Positions 1 through 9,076 of a DNA stretch of 27,700 nt are shown here, in pieces; position 1 is the stretch's first letter, and every line of letters begins with the position of its first letter. A program made the position numbers and the translations under genes. The notes below the pieces were generated by a model. It saw only the letters and a list, made by a program, of their open reading frames with translations. It did no database searches and had not been told where the DNA came from. This DNA is from Candidatus Odinarchaeia archaeon (GTDB lineage Archaea; Asgardarchaeota; Odinarchaeia; Odinarchaeales; Odinarchaeaceae), in the NCBI GenBank assembly GCA_029856525.1, contig JAHQXC010000008.1:1-27700 (forward strand), read 5' to 3'.

Positions 1-230
1 CTTCAGCGAGTTTTAACAGAACAAGGAACCTGGTTAGTGAAAATAGAAAAATAAGAAGGGGAGTTGAAGCATACAGGTGTTAGAATTACTAGAATCCACG
101 GTGGTTTAGGAGGCGTTAAAGGCAAGGCCGCCGGTGCATGTTTACGGCTGAAAAATTTATAAGCAGACGCCGAGCTCATTAACCAGTAGAGCATATTATA
201 AAATATAGGCTAGGCGAGTTAAAATATTAA

Positions 231-238
231 TATATAAA
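231..238 (+). promoter_or_regulatory. Putative TATA box for leuS
   Basis: TATATAAA at 231-238 in an AT-rich stretch. Its position favours a leuS start downstream of 240 (GTG at 288). Confidence 0.4.
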
Positions 239-287
239 GGTGAATCAAATATCTGGAGCTCACGTAGGAGACTTTAACATAAGGACG

Positions 288-3116
288 GTGTCTAAAGTGG
301 AGCAATCCTGGTCATCTATAGAGGAGAAATGGCAGTCTAAGTGGCGTGAAGCAAAAATTTTCGAAGCCGATCCTTCAGATAAACCTAAAGTTTTTGTAAC
401 CTTCCCATATGCTTATTTAAATGGCCCGCTTCACTTAGGTCACGCTTATACATGTCTGAGAGTGGACATCTACGCACGTTTTAAAAGAATGCAGGGATAT
501 AATGTTTTATTCCCGTTCGCGTTTCACGCTACCGGGGAGCCTATAGCAGGTGTGGCTGAACGGGTTAGAAAAAATGATGAGAAACAGATTAAAATATTAA
601 TAGATAGCGGGGTTCGACCTGAAGATATAAAAAAATTCAGCGACCCTGAATACATAGTAGAATACTATCGCTTGGATGGAATAAAAGCATTTAATAGAAT
701 AGGCTTCTCTATAGATTGGAGGAGGCAGTTTACTACTATAACTAAAGAGTATAATAAGTTTATAGAATGGCAGTATTATACGCTTAAAGATAAAGGTTAC
801 GTTCAAAAAGGAACCCATCCTGTTGTATGGTGTCCTTCATGTCAAAGCCCGACAGGAGATCATGATAGACTTATCGGAGAAGGCGTATCCCCTATAGAGT
901 ATATTATATTAAAATTTAGATTCGAAGACTCTTGGCTTGTTATGGCTACTCTAAGACCGGAAACAATTTTCGGCGTTGTAAACGTATGGGTTAACCCGGA
1001 TGCGGATTATGTGAAAGCTGAGGTTAACGGCGAAAAATGGGTGATTAGTAAAGACGCGGTTATAAAATTTATAGAACAGAAAAAGAAGGTTAAAGTGATT
1101 GAAGAGTTTAAAGGTGAAAAAATTCTAGGGAAATATTGCGAGGTCCCGTTAGCTAATAGAATGGTCCCCATCCTACCAGCGTATTTCGTTGATCCTAGTA
1201 ACGCTACAGGGATAGTTATGAGTGTACCAAGCCACGCCCCCTATGATTGGCTTGGTTTAATCGATTTGAAAAATAATCCTGGGATTCTTGAAAAATATGG
1301 TTTAGATACTAAAATACTAGATGATATTAAACCAATCTCATTGATTAAAACACCGGGTTTAGGTGAGCATCCGGCAATAGATATTGTAAATGAAATGAAG
1401 ATTAAAGATCAAAAGGATCCTAGAGCAGAGGATGCTACGAAAATAATTTATAAAAAAGAGTTTCACCAAGGGGTTTTGAAGGAGAATACAGGGAAGTATA
1501 GTGGTATACCTGTAAGAGAGATTAAAGAGAAGCTGGCAGCGGATCTAATCGAGAAGAATATAGCTGATATAATGTGGGAGACCGCTGACAGAGTTATTTG
1601 CCGGTGTAACACACCTTGCATTGTGAAAATATTAGAAGATCAATGGTTTTTAACTTATTCAAACCCTGAATGGAAGAAAATAGCTCATGAAGTATTAGAT
1701 AATGCGATTGTCCTCCCACCTGAAGCTAAAACCGCGTTCGAATATACTATCGACTGGTTGACGGATAAAGCGTGTGCTAGGCGAACAGGTTTAGGAACAA
1801 GGCTGCCTTGGGATAAAGAGTGGATTGTGGAAACATTATCTGATTCCACAATTTATATGGCGTTCTACACGATAGCTAAATATATTAACGACGGACGGCT
1901 TAAAGCAGAGCATTTAACCAGAGAGTTCTTCGACTATGTTTTCTTAAGTAAAGGAGACCTAGATGAACTCGCTGAAAAACTAAAATTGGAAAGAGGATTC
2001 ATAGAAGAAGTGAAAAAAGAGTTTGAATACTGGTATCCTGTAGATTTACGTAATTCCGCTAAAGAGCTGGTTTACAATCATTTCACATTCTTTCTATTCC
2101 ACCACGGAGCTATTTTCCCTAGAAAATACTGGCCTAGGATACTCGGAGTTAACGGTATGATCAATATTGAAGGACAGAAAATGTCTAAATCTAAAGGTAT
2201 ATTCATATCGATAAATGAGGCGGTTGATCGATTCGGAGCGGATGCAACTCGACTTGAACTAGCCTACGCTTCCGAAGGGCTAGCTGACGCGGATTGGAGG
2301 ACAGCCGACGTTATAGGTCTTCGAAATAAAATAATAACTGTATTTAATATGTTGAAGAATATAGGGGAGAATTTAGATGATAAAATAGAGTTGGTTGATA
2401 AATGGTTAGAGAGCAGAGTTAACTTAGCTATTAAGAAAGCTACAGAGCATTATGAGAGATTGGAGAATAGATCGGCGATACAAGAGGCTTTCTTCAATTT
2501 ACAAAATGATTTAAAATGGTATCTTAGAAGAAAAATTAAACCTTCAAATATTTTCAGAAAAGCCGCGGAGGTTATGGTTAAACTCGTAGCTCCTGTACTC
2601 CCTCACTTCGCAGAAGAATTATGGTCGTGTTGGGGTAAAACCGGGTTTATCTCCCTGGAGAAATGGCCTGAATATGAAGAAAATAAAATAAATAAGGAGT
2701 ATGACCTCTGGGAGGAGTATCTGCAAACACTTTTAACAGATATTAGAGAGATAATTAAAGTGAATAAAATCAGTGAACCTTCTAAAATAAGTATTTTCAT
2801 AGCCCCTGAATGGAAGTATGAAGTGTACCGGGAGGCTCAGAAAAAACCAGTTAACTTATTTGAAACAGTGATGAAACAGGAGAAGTTTAAAAAATATGGG
2901 AAAGAAGTTTTAAACTACTTGAAAAAATTGCAGAAAACAAGTGTTGTAGAATTTCAAATAGATCGGGGTAAGGAGATAAAACTTTTAAATGACTCCGCTT
3001 GGTTTATTAAAAAAGAACTCGGCGTTGAACAAGTTGAGATAGTTGACTCTGAGGCTTCAGAGCATCCGAAGAGTAAAATAGCTGATCCTTTAAAACCTGG
3101 GATACTCATAGAGTAA
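288..3116 (+). CDS. leuS: Leucine--tRNA ligase (archaeal/eukaryal type)
   Basis: FPY..LNGPLHLGH (HIGH motif), KMSKS, CP1 editing motifs ATLRPET and GIVMSVPSHAPYD, DWRRQFTT. The frame is open from GTG 240; GTG 288 (preceded by AAGGA) is chosen as the likelier start. Confidence 0.97.
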   Translation: MSKVEQSWSSIEEKWQSKWREAKIFEADPSDKPKVFVTFPYAYLNGPLHLGHAYTCLRVDIYARFKRMQGYNVLFPFAFHATGEPIAGVAERVRKNDEKQIKILIDSGVRPEDIKKFSDPEYIVEYYRLDGIKAFNRIGFSIDWRRQFTTITKEYNKFIEWQYYTLKDKGYVQKGTHPVVWCPSCQSPTGDHDRLIGEGVSPIEYIILKFRFEDSWLVMATLRPETIFGVVNVWVNPDADYVKAEVNGEKWVISKDAVIKFIEQKKKVKVIEEFKGEKILGKYCEVPLANRMVPILPAYFVDPSNATGIVMSVPSHAPYDWLGLIDLKNNPGILEKYGLDTKILDDIKPISLIKTPGLGEHPAIDIVNEMKIKDQKDPRAEDATKIIYKKEFHQGVLKENTGKYSGIPVREIKEKLAADLIEKNIADIMWETADRVICRCNTPCIVKILEDQWFLTYSNPEWKKIAHEVLDNAIVLPPEAKTAFEYTIDWLTDKACARRTGLGTRLPWDKEWIVETLSDSTIYMAFYTIAKYINDGRLKAEHLTREFFDYVFLSKGDLDELAEKLKLERGFIEEVKKEFEYWYPVDLRNSAKELVYNHFTFFLFHHGAIFPRKYWPRILGVNGMINIEGQKMSKSKGIFISINEAVDRFGADATRLELAYASEGLADADWRTADVIGLRNKIITVFNMLKNIGENLDDKIELVDKWLESRVNLAIKKATEHYERLENRSAIQEAFFNLQNDLKWYLRRKIKPSNIFRKAAEVMVKLVAPVLPHFAEELWSCWGKTGFISLEKWPEYEENKINKEYDLWEEYLQTLLTDIREIIKVNKISEPSKISIFIAPEWKYEVYREAQKKPVNLFETVMKQEKFKKYGKEVLNYLKKLQKTSVVEFQIDRGKEIKLLNDSAWFIKKELGVEQVEIVDSEASEHPKSKIADPLKPGILIE

Positions 3117-3358
3117 TTTTAAATTACTAATTATGCGAGCTACCCTCCCTACCGGAAGAGTTTACCGCTTCAGAAAAATCCACAGACACCTCTTTTTTAA
3201 AACACGTGTTTACCATACTCTGCTACTTGAACTGCGTTGATATCGTAGAGCGTAAACTGTACGAGTACTCCTGTGAAGCGTATATTTCACAGTCGCTAAG
3301 TTTCCTCGGAAACTATAGAACACCTTCAGCTTTCACAGAGTGCGCCAGCCGATAAAAG

Positions 3359-4438
3359 TTAAATGAATTTCAGACCGATAGTAGGCTTCTTATACTTTCT
3401 CCCTATATTTATAGCGAGAGATGTAAGATACTCTAAGGTTTCAGCGTTTTTAAGAGAACCGCCGTCTAAAGGTCTGAGGTTAGGGATCTGTGATATAAGC
3501 CGCATTATCGTCTTTTTAGCCTGCACATCGTTTCCAGCTACAACAACATCGAAGTTAAGCGGGAATTCTATTCTAGAAAGATTAGCTGCTGGAATTGTGT
3601 GAAAGGCCGCTACTGTCTCAGGGCCTAATGCCTTAGTCATTAAATAAACTTTCTCCGCTGCTGAAATCCTGTGCCTGTCTATGCCTATCTCACCGCTATC
3701 ACGCGTCTTCAATGGCACTATAGGGCTTACAATGATTTGACCTTCATGTAAACCGTCTTTAATTGATAGAATAAGTTCTTCAATAGATTGATAGGGGATG
3801 GTTAAAACAATTATTTCAGCGTCATTAACAATCTGATTATTCAAACCCGCTTCAACTTTAGGTTCAACGCCTATAGAAGTCAGATTCGCTCTAATCTGGT
3901 CAGCTATTTTCTCAGCGTTTTCAAGGCTTCTGGAGCCTATCATAATATTATGGCCAACTTTACCCCACCTTAAAGCTAGACCCCTACCCTGCTTACCTGT
4001 CCCTCCGATAATCGCAATCTTATATGGTTTACCAATAGTACAGCTTGTTTTATTATTTATGACGCATTCATCGCATTCAACAATAACTTTAGCGGAGATT
4101 AAGCCGACTACCCTCTGATCTTTATCGACTACAACCACATTCTTAATCCTGTTATTCATCATCAAACTTATACTTTCCTCAATCGGACTGTCTTCCTGAA
4201 TTGTAATAACAGGGAAAGACATTACCTCTTCTACTGGAGTGGTGTCAAAAGGATAACATAGCGACTTAGCTTTCATAAGATCCCATATAGTTATCACGCC
4301 AACACAGCGGCCCTTCTTATCTAATACTATTGTAGTATCTATGTTAGAGGCCTTCATCTTCTCATAAGCGGCTGCTATACTATCCCCTAAAGTTACTTCA
4401 TTAAAGTTTTTAATCATTATATCTCTGACCTTCTTCAT
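3359..4438 (-). CDS. npdG: CBS-domain pair fused to NADPH-dependent F420 reductase (F420H2:NADP+ oxidoreductase)
   Basis: aa 1-121: two CBS repeats (VRDIM..., VEEVMSFPVITI, VVGLIS). aa 139-359: IAIIGGTGKQGRGLALRW, IGSRS, VAAFHTIPA, DVVVAGND, PLDGGSLKNAETLE, all typical of NpdG/Fno. Confidence 0.88.
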   Translation of the reverse strand: MKKVRDIMIKNFNEVTLGDSIAAAYEKMKASNIDTTIVLDKKGRCVGVITIWDLMKAKSLCYPFDTTPVEEVMSFPVITIQEDSPIEESISLMMNNRIKNVVVVDKDQRVVGLISAKVIVECDECVINNKTSCTIGKPYKIAIIGGTGKQGRGLALRWGKVGHNIMIGSRSLENAEKIADQIRANLTSIGVEPKVEAGLNNQIVNDAEIIVLTIPYQSIEELILSIKDGLHEGQIIVSPIVPLKTRDSGEIGIDRHRISAAEKVYLMTKALGPETVAAFHTIPAANLSRIEFPLNFDVVVAGNDVQAKKTIMRLISQIPNLRPLDGGSLKNAETLEYLTSLAINIGRKYKKPTIGLKFI

Positions 4439-4610
4439 TCAACCACTCCGCCTGCTAAAAAAACTTAGCATTAAATTAATAATCATGCTTATAGATTTTT
4501 TGTTTAGTTTAACGCTTCATTATTTTTTATAAAAAAATATTTATATTCATTAAACTATATTTTCATTAACATAAACCTAAACCTAATAAAAATAATTAAC
4601 GTGGTAAAAT

Positions 4611-4757
4611 ATGTCAACTCAATTAAAATGTAAGAAATGCGGTAGCACAAATGTAGCTCAGGAAGCTAATAAAAGCAAAGTTTTAGATTACACATCCCAC
4701 ACTCCTATTTACGCTAAAAAGTATATATGTAATAATTGCGGAGCTGAATGGGAGTAA
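4611..4757 (+). CDS. Small zinc-ribbon protein, 48 aa (below the ORF-track cutoff)
   Basis: Hand translation: MSTQLKCKKCGSTNVAQEANKSKVLDYTSHTPIYAKKYICNNCGAEWE*. Two CxxCG knuckles, ATG start, GTGGT upstream, co-oriented with glmM 44 bp downstream. Confidence 0.8.
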   Translation: MSTQLKCKKCGSTNVAQEANKSKVLDYTSHTPIYAKKYICNNCGAEWE

Positions 4758-4801
4758 TATTTTTAAAATTTTATTTTCGTGAAGGTAATGAGGCTGGTTA
4801 A

Positions 4802-6160
4802 TTGCCTGGTAGACTTTTCGGAACCACAGGGGTTAGAGGGGTTTTCAACAAAAACTTTGACGCTTACACAGCTTTAAAACTCGGTTTTTCACTAGCTACA
4901 CAACTTAAAAATGGAAGAGTACTCGTAGGAAAAGATACCAGGACGTCGGCTAATATAATCGAGGCGGCTTTACTAGCAGGCTTAACAAGCTGTGGATGTG
5001 ATGTATACAGGCTGGGGGTTGTCACCACTCCTACACTAGCTTATCTTACAAAAAAGTTTGAGTGTAAAGCCGGTGTAATGGTAACCGCCTCCCATAATCC
5101 CCCCGAATATATAGGAGTTAAATTCTGGAAGAACACGTCGCAAGGTTATACTAGAACTGAAGAAGAGGAGATTGAAAAAATATACATTGAGGGAGTATTT
5201 AACAAAGTTGAGTGGAATAAAGTTGGAAAAATATATGAGTTCAGTGAAGCTGAAAAATACCATGTTCAAGATATTATCAGCTTAATCGATTACCAAACAA
5301 TAAGGGATAGAGAGTTCAAGATTGTTTTGGATATAGGGAATGGGGCGGCTTACTCGATAGCGCCTCTTTTAACAAAAGAATTAAACTGTACTACTATAAC
5401 TTTAAACAGTCAGCCTGACGGTTTCTTTCCAGGTAGACCTTCAGCCCCCACTAAAAAGAGTTTAACCGCATTGATGAAAATTATGAGTAAAGAGGAATAT
5501 GATCTAGCAGCAGCCTTTGACGGAGATGCGGATCGCATAGTCTTCATAGATAATGAAGGGTCCTTCATACCGGGGGATGTACTTATAATCGCTTTAAGCA
5601 GATATCTATTAAAGAATAAAAAAGGTAAGATTGTAACTACAGTTGAAAGCAGCATCGCAGTTGAAGAGTATGTTAAAGCTGCTGGTGGAGAGGTTATCTG
5701 GACTCCTGTAGGAGATATTAATATAAGCGTAGCGGTTGAGGAGAATAAAGCTCTTTTAGGCGGAGAGGAGTGCGGTGTTTTTATCTGGCCGGAGTTTCAT
5801 CTAGGTCCGGATAGCTTTCTAACGTTAGCGCGTGTTCTAGAAATTTTAGCTAAAGAAAAAATTACAATGAAGAAGTTCATTAACGGTGTTCAAACATACC
5901 CTGTTATTAGAGAAAGCGTGGAGTGCCCGGATGAGAGAAAAGAACAGGTTATGAGAAGTCTTGAGAAAGCTGTTTTAAATATCAATGGAGTTCTAGATGT
6001 TAATAGAATCGACGGTTTAAATATCAAGGGGGAATGGGGTAGAGTCTTAATAAGACCTTCAGGAACCGAGCCTCTTATAAGAATAACAGCTGAAGGTAAA
6101 GATATCGTTAAATGCGAGGAGACTGTTTTAAAAATTAAGGATTTAATTAGAAATAGTTAA
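4802..6160 (+). CDS. glmM: Phosphoglucosamine mutase / phosphohexomutase family
   Basis: LFGTTGVRG, active-site TASHNPPEY, metal loop FDGDADR, GEECG, LIRPSGTEP. TTG start. Its stop overlaps the convergent roadblock stop on a shared TTAA (6157-6160). Confidence 0.9.
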   Translation: MPGRLFGTTGVRGVFNKNFDAYTALKLGFSLATQLKNGRVLVGKDTRTSANIIEAALLAGLTSCGCDVYRLGVVTTPTLAYLTKKFECKAGVMVTASHNPPEYIGVKFWKNTSQGYTRTEEEEIEKIYIEGVFNKVEWNKVGKIYEFSEAEKYHVQDIISLIDYQTIRDREFKIVLDIGNGAAYSIAPLLTKELNCTTITLNSQPDGFFPGRPSAPTKKSLTALMKIMSKEEYDLAAAFDGDADRIVFIDNEGSFIPGDVLIIALSRYLLKNKKGKIVTTVESSIAVEEYVKAAGGEVIWTPVGDINISVAVEENKALLGGEECGVFIWPEFHLGPDSFLTLARVLEILAKEKITMKKFINGVQTYPVIRESVECPDERKEQVMRSLEKAVLNINGVLDVNRIDGLNIKGEWGRVLIRPSGTEPLIRITAEGKDIVKCEETVLKIKDLIRNS

Positions 6161-6552
6161 TCGCTTAAAGGGAATAGATCAGCTATTTTCCTAGAGTAGA
6201 TTCTGAAAACTGATACAGTTGTAGTTAATGTTTTTAAACTTGAACCGGCTCCGATTAAAACAAGTTTACCCGCCCCTGATAAAACTATATACCCTTCCTC
6301 CCCTGTGATTATAACCTCCCAAAGCTCTTTTAACCCCATTTTCTCAACAGCACTCTCCCCTACATGCAACATAGCCGCGGAGATAGCTGACATTAAATCA
6401 GGGTCAACCTGCTTAGATCCGACGACCTTAAAAGCTAGTCGAACACCCTCCCTTGTAACAACAGCTAATGCTTCAAGATCGGTTTTCATAGCGATTTCGC
6501 TTAAATTTTTAGCTAAAGCCGTAGCTTTATCTTTACTAACCTTACTAGCCAT
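6157..6552 (-). CDS. Roadblock/LC7 (MglB-like) domain protein
   Basis: 131 aa with the roadblock pattern: helix, ALAVVTREG strand-turn, DLMSAISAAML helix, EVIITGEEGYIVLSGAG strands, C-terminal helix. Confidence 0.85.
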   Translation of the reverse strand: MASKVSKDKATALAKNLSEIAMKTDLEALAVVTREGVRLAFKVVGSKQVDPDLMSAISAAMLHVGESAVEKMGLKELWEVIITGEEGYIVLSGAGKLVLIGAGSSLKTLTTTVSVFRIYSRKIADLFPLSD

Positions 6553-6554
6553 AT

Positions 6555-7415
6555 TTAACCCTCGTTATTCTCGTCGGATCCCTCACCTTGGATCTCGATT
6601 TTAAAGAAGTCCACTAAGTCGCTTAAATTATATTTTAATTCGTCTCGTATAGAAGAAACCTCCTCGGTGGGTATTTCAACTGATTCAACTTTCTTCAAGA
6701 ACTCTACAGCCATCACGGAACCGTTATTAACGATTACTCGGGGAATATAATCCTCAGCTAGGAAGACACCTTCCGGAACTGTTCCGAGTGGTGCTCTTTC
6801 AAGCTTCTTCTTAATCTGTTTTTTGCCGAGAAAGTGAATCGTATGCTCGGTGACGGTGTAAACGTTATTCCCCACGATAACAAGCTCCCTCTCAAATCCT
6901 CTAGGTAACGGTATACTCTCTAGTTTTTCAAGTATACCAGAATTTTCAACACTCTCAGAGACCGTTTTAATAGTTGTAGACCGCGGGGACTCAACGCGAG
7001 TTTTCACTTCTCTGCTTTCTATAAGCGGTTCAACGCTTTTTTTAACGGTTTCAATTTCAGGTTTAACAGGTGCTTGAAGTTTTTCAGCAGGTTTCTCCTC
7101 CGTTATAGAAGGTTTCTTAACCTCAACATGTTTAGGAGATTCACCTATAGATTTAAGAAAACTATCCGATTCCTCGCCTTCATCTTCACTAGAAACTTTG
7201 TAATTTAAACCGCGCTCCTCTCGAATCTGAGAGGCGGCTCTAGCGCTTATAAATTTCTTTCGCACAGGGGCTTCAGAGCCCTTCCATATCCATATCCTTT
7301 TCTTATCATCGTCGACTATTATAAAAACCGAGTTACTTTTAAGATGATCTCTTATAGGACGGCTCCCAGTAATCTCGATTACATCCCCGTTATCTTGAAC
7401 ATCAAACAATTGCAT
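6555..7415 (-). CDS. Gelsolin-domain protein (single gelsolin domain, P/E/K-rich linker, C-terminal domain; Asgard 1DGelX-like)
   Basis: aa 1-90: LKSNSVFIIVD..RIWIWKGSEA..KKFISARAA..EDEGEESDSF matches the gelsolin-repeat pattern. Low-complexity linker at about aa 91-155, then a globular C-terminal domain. Confidence 0.82.
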   Translation of the reverse strand: MQLFDVQDNGDVIEITGSRPIRDHLKSNSVFIIVDDDKKRIWIWKGSEAPVRKKFISARAASQIREERGLNYKVSSEDEGEESDSFLKSIGESPKHVEVKKPSITEEKPAEKLQAPVKPEIETVKKSVEPLIESREVKTRVESPRSTTIKTVSESVENSGILEKLESIPLPRGFERELVIVGNNVYTVTEHTIHFLGKKQIKKKLERAPLGTVPEGVFLAEDYIPRVIVNNGSVMAVEFLKKVESVEIPTEEVSSIRDELKYNLSDLVDFFKIEIQGEGSDENNEG

Positions 7416-7451
7416 TTTATATCACTCTAATTTTAAAGCGTTTATTATTTT

Positions 7452-9071
7452 TTATTTATTATTAATATTAAAGGTTTCAGTTTTTCTAGATTTAAGCACC
7501 TCGTAAACTTTTTTATCAGGTTGAGAGATACTTAAAGTGTTTTCGAAGGCTAAAGCCTCATCTAAAGCTGCGGGGATGTAATCTATTAGCTCAGATGATG
7601 TGAAGTGGTAGCCTTTCTTATCAGCTATGAGATTACCTGATAAACCGGTTATGAATACAGCCGCACAGGCTGCTTTGAAAGGTTCAACCCCCTGGGATAG
7701 GAAACAGCCTAATATGCCTGTTAGAACATCCCCGATACCGCCCACAGTCATTCCCGGATTTCCTAGAAGGTCAAGCTTAAACATGTTTCTGTAAGCTACT
7801 AAGTCGACGGCTCCTTTAACAGTGAATGTTATATCAAACATGCTAATCTTAGCAAGTATCTCGTTAATATTAGTTAATATATCCTCGCTTGTTTTAATCT
7901 CTAAACCTGTTAACAGTTTAAATTCGCCTCTGTGAGGAGTGGCTACAGTTAGAGACCCGGCTAGCGCATTCGGATGCTCGGCTAAAACTTTCAGAGCGTC
8001 AGCGTCAATTACTAAAGGTTTATTAGCTTCTTTTATTAGAGTGAACAGTTTATAAACAGCTTCTTTTGTCTCAGCTTCAACACCCAGACCCGGGCCTAAA
8101 ACTATGGCGTCAGCCCAGTTGATTAAAGTAGAAATATATTTTACAGATTCAGGTGTAAGATATCTGCCAGGGTAATCTCTAACAATAAAGTTCGGGGTGT
8201 ACGCTCTTATAGTATTAGCTATCAGTTCAGGCGCGGAGATTATTACAAGGTCAACTCCAGCTCGAATAGCAGACATAGCTGATAGCACTGGAGCACCGTG
8301 ATATCTTTCACTGCCGCCGATTATCAGCAGTTTTCCGAAGTCCCCTTTCCTGTTCTCGAAAAACCTTCTCTTTAGCGCTGTTATAACATCGCCCGGCCCT
8401 ATTATGTATTCAACCTCTTCCGGTATGCTTATCGAAGTGACTACTAGCTCACCTAAATCCTTCTCCCGTCCTATAAACCCTTTCTTAGCTTTATGAAAGG
8501 TGATAGTTAGATCCGGTTTCACAGAAATATCCGCTGTCACACCTGTTTCAGGATCCATACCGGATGGAATGTCTATTGATATTTTCTTAGCTTTAGCTTC
8601 ATTTATCATTTTTATAGCTGTCTTCAAAGGCTCCCTGATCAGGCCTCTAACACCTGTTCCTAGGATAGCGTCTACTATTATATCAGCGCTATCCACAATC
8701 GGCTTGATTTCACGTAAATCATCTGTAGATGAGATTACATGAGTTTTAACTCGCTGATAGATTTTTTCAAGAATCTCCCAGTTTATTCTAGCTTCCTTTC
8801 TAGATATTTTATCAGGTGAACCTAAAAGCACCACGTGAACTATAGTATGAGCTGAGAGTTGCCGCGCTATCACGAACCCGTCGCCGCCGTTATTACCTGT
8901 CCCACAGAATACGATGATACGGCTATTATTAACGTTGAACCTTCTCTTAATCTCTTCGTAAGCCCCTCGACCAGCATTCTCCATTAATATAACAGGAGGT
9001 AAGCCTATAAATGCGCTGTTCAACTCTAATTCTCTCATTTTAACTGGTGTTACAGTTTCCATAGCCATCAC
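7452..9071 (-). CDS. nnr: Bifunctional NAD(P)H-hydrate epimerase/dehydratase (YjeF_N + YjeF_C)
   Basis: LMENAGRG, GTGNNGGDG, DAILGTG, DIPSG; KGDFGKLLIIGGS..YHGAP, GPGLG, DADAL, TPHRGEF, GNPGMTVGGIGDVLTG. Confidence 0.95.
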   Translation of the reverse strand: MMAMETVTPVKMRELELNSAFIGLPPVILMENAGRGAYEEIKRRFNVNNSRIIVFCGTGNNGGDGFVIARQLSAHTIVHVVLLGSPDKISRKEARINWEILEKIYQRVKTHVISSTDDLREIKPIVDSADIIVDAILGTGVRGLIREPLKTAIKMINEAKAKKISIDIPSGMDPETGVTADISVKPDLTITFHKAKKGFIGREKDLGELVVTSISIPEEVEYIIGPGDVITALKRRFFENRKGDFGKLLIIGGSERYHGAPVLSAMSAIRAGVDLVIISAPELIANTIRAYTPNFIVRDYPGRYLTPESVKYISTLINWADAIVLGPGLGVEAETKEAVYKLFTLIKEANKPLVIDADALKVLAEHPNALAGSLTVATPHRGEFKLLTGLEIKTSEDILTNINEILAKISMFDITFTVKGAVDLVAYRNMFKLDLLGNPGMTVGGIGDVLTGILGCFLSQGVEPFKAACAAVFITGLSGNLIADKKGYHFTSSELIDYIPAALDEALAFENTLSISQPDKKVYEVLKSRKTETFNINNK

Positions 9072-9076
9072 GCCGG

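Noticed and set aside
1-162. Plus frame 1: LQRVLTEQGTWLVKIEK* then LKHTGVRITRIHGGLGGVKG (TusA-like C-terminus, or eL33/L35Ae-like ITRxHGxxGxV)
   Set aside because: There is an in-frame stop at 52-54, the spacing is too short for L35Ae and its downstream F..LP motif is absent. Upstream context is outside the window.
3-194. 63-aa minus-strand ORF at the window edge
   Set aside because: No recognisable motif and atypical composition; cannot be supported as a gene.
3290-3320. GAGGAAAC (minus strand) and GGGTGAAAC at 23312 as RNase P RNA motifs
   Set aside because: The remaining conserved RNase P regions and the P4 partner sequence were not found.
4523-4536. Palindrome TTTTTTATAAAAAA and the nearby AAACCT tandem
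   Set aside because: Low-complexity AT sequence; not distinguishable from background promoter DNA.
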